Below, one piece after another: positions 62,062 through 64,000 of a stretch of DNA of 64,000 nt. A model generated the notes under the pieces. That model was not told the DNA's origin, did not search any database, and saw only the letters and a list, made by a program, of their open reading frames with translations. How positions within the stretch are numbered: position 1 is the stretch's first letter; the number at the start of each line of letters is the position of its first letter. The position numbers and the translations under genes are program-made. Source of the DNA: Actinomycetota bacterium (GTDB lineage: Bacteria; Actinomycetota; Humimicrobiia; Humimicrobiales; Humimicrobiaceae). The stretch is from assembly GCA_051744345.1 (NCBI GenBank), contig JBNJCW010000002.1, positions 1,176 to 65,175 on the forward strand. Direction: 5' to 3'.

Positions 62062-62847
62062 ATGGAAAGAATATCAGTAAAAAAGATAAACAGCAGGTAT
62101 TATCCGATCTTTTTCTTCCTTGCCATACTTACAGTCTGGGAGATACTCACAAGGTCAGGGACATTCCCTCCCTTTATACTTCCTCCGCCCAGTACCATAG
62201 TGATAAGTCTGTTTAAGGATTTCAGGTCTATGCAGTTTGATATCCTGGTAACCTTGTATGAGGCATTTACCGGATTTACTATCGCAATAGTACTATCCTT
62301 TTTAATTGCTTTGCTAATGGATGCTGCACAGGGGGTTAAGAAGACTATCTATCCGCTGCTTATAATATCACAGACCATTCCGATTATAATAGTGGCTCCC
62401 CTCTTTATAATCTGGTTCGGTTACGGTTATACTCCAAAACTTATTATAGTTATACTGATATGCTTCTTCCCGGTTACAATTAGTCTCATGCAGTCGCTCT
62501 CAGGAGTTGACCATGAACTTATTGACCTGTTAAGGTCCATGGGCTCGAGCAGGCTCCAAATATACAGGTATGTAAAGCTTCCTGCCTCTATGTCAGGGTT
62601 TTTCTCTGGATTAAAAATAGCTGCCACTTACAGCATCATGGGAGCTACTATCGGAGAGTGGGTTGGGGGGAAGGATGGCCTGGGAGTGTATATGATAAGG
62701 GCAAAACAGTCATTTGCTACAGACAGGGTATTTGCAGCAATACTGGTTATAACTGTTCTGAGCATTCTGCTGCTTAAGTTTATAGAGGTCATTGAAAAAA
62801 AAGCTACGCCCTGGACAGTAAAAACTGGTGAAGGATATATAGAATAA
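62062..62847 (+). CDS. ABC transporter permease (ThiX-type, HMP/thiamine precursor uptake)
   Basis: Six TM helices. Binding-protein-dependent permease EAA-like loop (LRSMGSSRLQIYRYVKLPAS). Confidence 0.7.
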   Translation: MERISVKKINSRYYPIFFFLAILTVWEILTRSGTFPPFILPPPSTIVISLFKDFRSMQFDILVTLYEAFTGFTIAIVLSFLIALLMDAAQGVKKTIYPLLIISQTIPIIIVAPLFIIWFGYGYTPKLIIVILICFFPVTISLMQSLSGVDHELIDLLRSMGSSRLQIYRYVKLPASMSGFFSGLKIAATYSIMGATIGEWVGGKDGLGVYMIRAKQSFATDRVFAAILVITVLSILLLKFIEVIEKKATPWTVKTGEGYIE

Positions 62848-62871
62848 TATAAACAATATGAAAGGAGTGCT

Positions 62872-63873
62872 ATGAAGATAATAAAAATAATATTTAGCCT
62901 AATGATAGCTATAACAATGGCTATTATACTGATATTTACCTCATGTTCACCATCAGGTACCCAGGAGTTAAGAAAGATCACAGTAATACTTGACTGGGTA
63001 CCCAATACAAACCATACCGGTATATACGTGGCCAGGCACGAGGGTTATTACAGAGACAATGGACTTGAAGTAGAGATAATTCAACCCTCTGAAGGAGGCA
63101 GCGCTGACCTGATAGCAGCCAAAAAAGGGGAATTTGGTATTAGCTATCAGGAGCAGGTAACCTATGCTAGGACTGCGGATGAACCTTTACCTGTTGTAGC
63201 CATTGCTGCCATAATCCAGCATAATACGTCTGGATTTGCTTCTCCTAAAGATAGTGGTATAAAGACACCTGCAGATTTTGAGGGGAAAAAATACGGGGGA
63301 TGGGGATCTCCCATGGAAGAAACCATGCTAAAAGGACTTATGGAAAAATACAGTGCTGATTTTTCAAAACTTGAAATAGTAAATATTGGCGCAACTGATT
63401 TCTTTACCAGCGTTCAGAGGGATGTGGATTTTGCCTGGATATATTACGGCTGGGATGGGATAAGAGCTGAACTTATAGGATTCCCACTGGAATTCATGCT
63501 GCTTCAGGACCTTGATCCGGTACTTGATTTCTATACCCCTGTTATAATAGCTTCAGAAACTACTATAAAAAATGAACCTGAACTGGTTAGAAGATTTTTA
63601 GAAGCAACCGAAAAAGGTTACCAGTTTTCAATCCAAGACCCGATTGCCGCTGCTGATATATTTCTGAAGGATAATAGCGAGCTTAAAAAGGATATGTTAA
63701 GTGCCAGTCAGCAATATCTTTCTAAAAACTACATCAGCCACGATGAAGGATGGGGATATATGAAAAAAGAAATATGGGAAGGCTATAGTGGCTGGATGTT
63801 TGAAAAAGGTCTTATTGCAAGCCCTCTTAAAGTCGAAGAGGCTTATACTAATGAGTTTCTACCTGGGCAATAA
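62872..63873 (+). CDS. NMT1/THI5-like substrate-binding lipoprotein (ThiY-type)
   Basis: Lipobox FTSCS and the NMT1/THI5 periplasmic-binding fold. Located in the thi operon. Confidence 0.7.
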   Translation: MKIIKIIFSLMIAITMAIILIFTSCSPSGTQELRKITVILDWVPNTNHTGIYVARHEGYYRDNGLEVEIIQPSEGGSADLIAAKKGEFGISYQEQVTYARTADEPLPVVAIAAIIQHNTSGFASPKDSGIKTPADFEGKKYGGWGSPMEETMLKGLMEKYSADFSKLEIVNIGATDFFTSVQRDVDFAWIYYGWDGIRAELIGFPLEFMLLQDLDPVLDFYTPVIIASETTIKNEPELVRRFLEATEKGYQFSIQDPIAAADIFLKDNSELKKDMLSASQQYLSKNYISHDEGWGYMKKEIWEGYSGWMFEKGLIASPLKVEEAYTNEFLPGQ

Positions 63874-64000
63874 TGAATATAGAAAATAATAAGGTATTAG
63901 AAGTAATAGATGTAAGAAAAACCTATCCGGGACTGCATACACTGGAAAATATATACCTTGAACTTTACAGACATCAGTTTGTATCAGTGCTCGGACCAAG
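63873..64000 (+). CDS. ABC transporter ATP-binding protein (ThiZ-type), 5' partial at window end
   Basis: ATG overlaps the upstream stop. MNIENNKVLEVIDVRKTYPG... leads toward the Walker A (VSVLGP...). Confidence 0.5.
   Translation, partial: MNIENNKVLEVIDVRKTYPGLHTLENIYLELYRHQFVSVLGP

Overview
This window looks like a low-GC Firmicutes-type chromosome. A conserved core of oxidative-stress, translation, chaperone and thiamine genes surrounds a roughly 25-kb accessory region anchored at a tRNA-Asn(GTT) gene.

- **Left (1-12 kb):** a NarL/LuxR response regulator, two PAS histidine kinases, an OsmC family protein and an FNR-like reductase. Next is an oxidative-stress cluster of a superoxide reductase, a type-1 copper cupredoxin lipoprotein and the peroxiredoxin Bcp. 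Several lipoproteins follow.
- **Middle (about 12-37.3 kb):** the accessory region. It carries four type II toxin-antitoxin pairs (BrnT/BrnA twice, UPF0175/DUF3368 and Phd/YafQ). It also carries a DUF3800 gene frameshifted at an A7 tract, an MFS transporter and an aldo/keto reductase. There is a decayed IS1595-family transposase and the C-terminal remnant of a large serine recombinase. A GC-rich sub-island holds a SEC-C protein, a PRiA4_ORF3-like protein and a putative PD-(D/E)xK nuclease. A LPXTG surface protein and, unexpectedly, typA also lie here. Modules are punctuated by at least 13 same-orientation copies of a 30-60 bp repeat that resembles the 3' end of the adjacent tRNA-Asn, and by two roughly 215-bp near-identical direct repeats 13.2 kb apart. 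The pattern suggests serial, cassette-like accretion at the tRNA with no intact recombinase left.
- **Right (37.3-64 kb):** conserved synteny, all on the minus strand: sigA, dnaG, ppdK, glyS, glyQ, a J-domain protein, recO, deoC, era, ybeY, pgpH, phoH, HIT, mtaB, rsmE, dnaJ and hrcA. hrcA is followed directly by dnaJ with no grpE or dnaK. A TPP riboswitch then leads a plus-strand operon thiD-tenA-surE-thiM-thiE-thiN plus a ThiXYZ-type ABC transporter.
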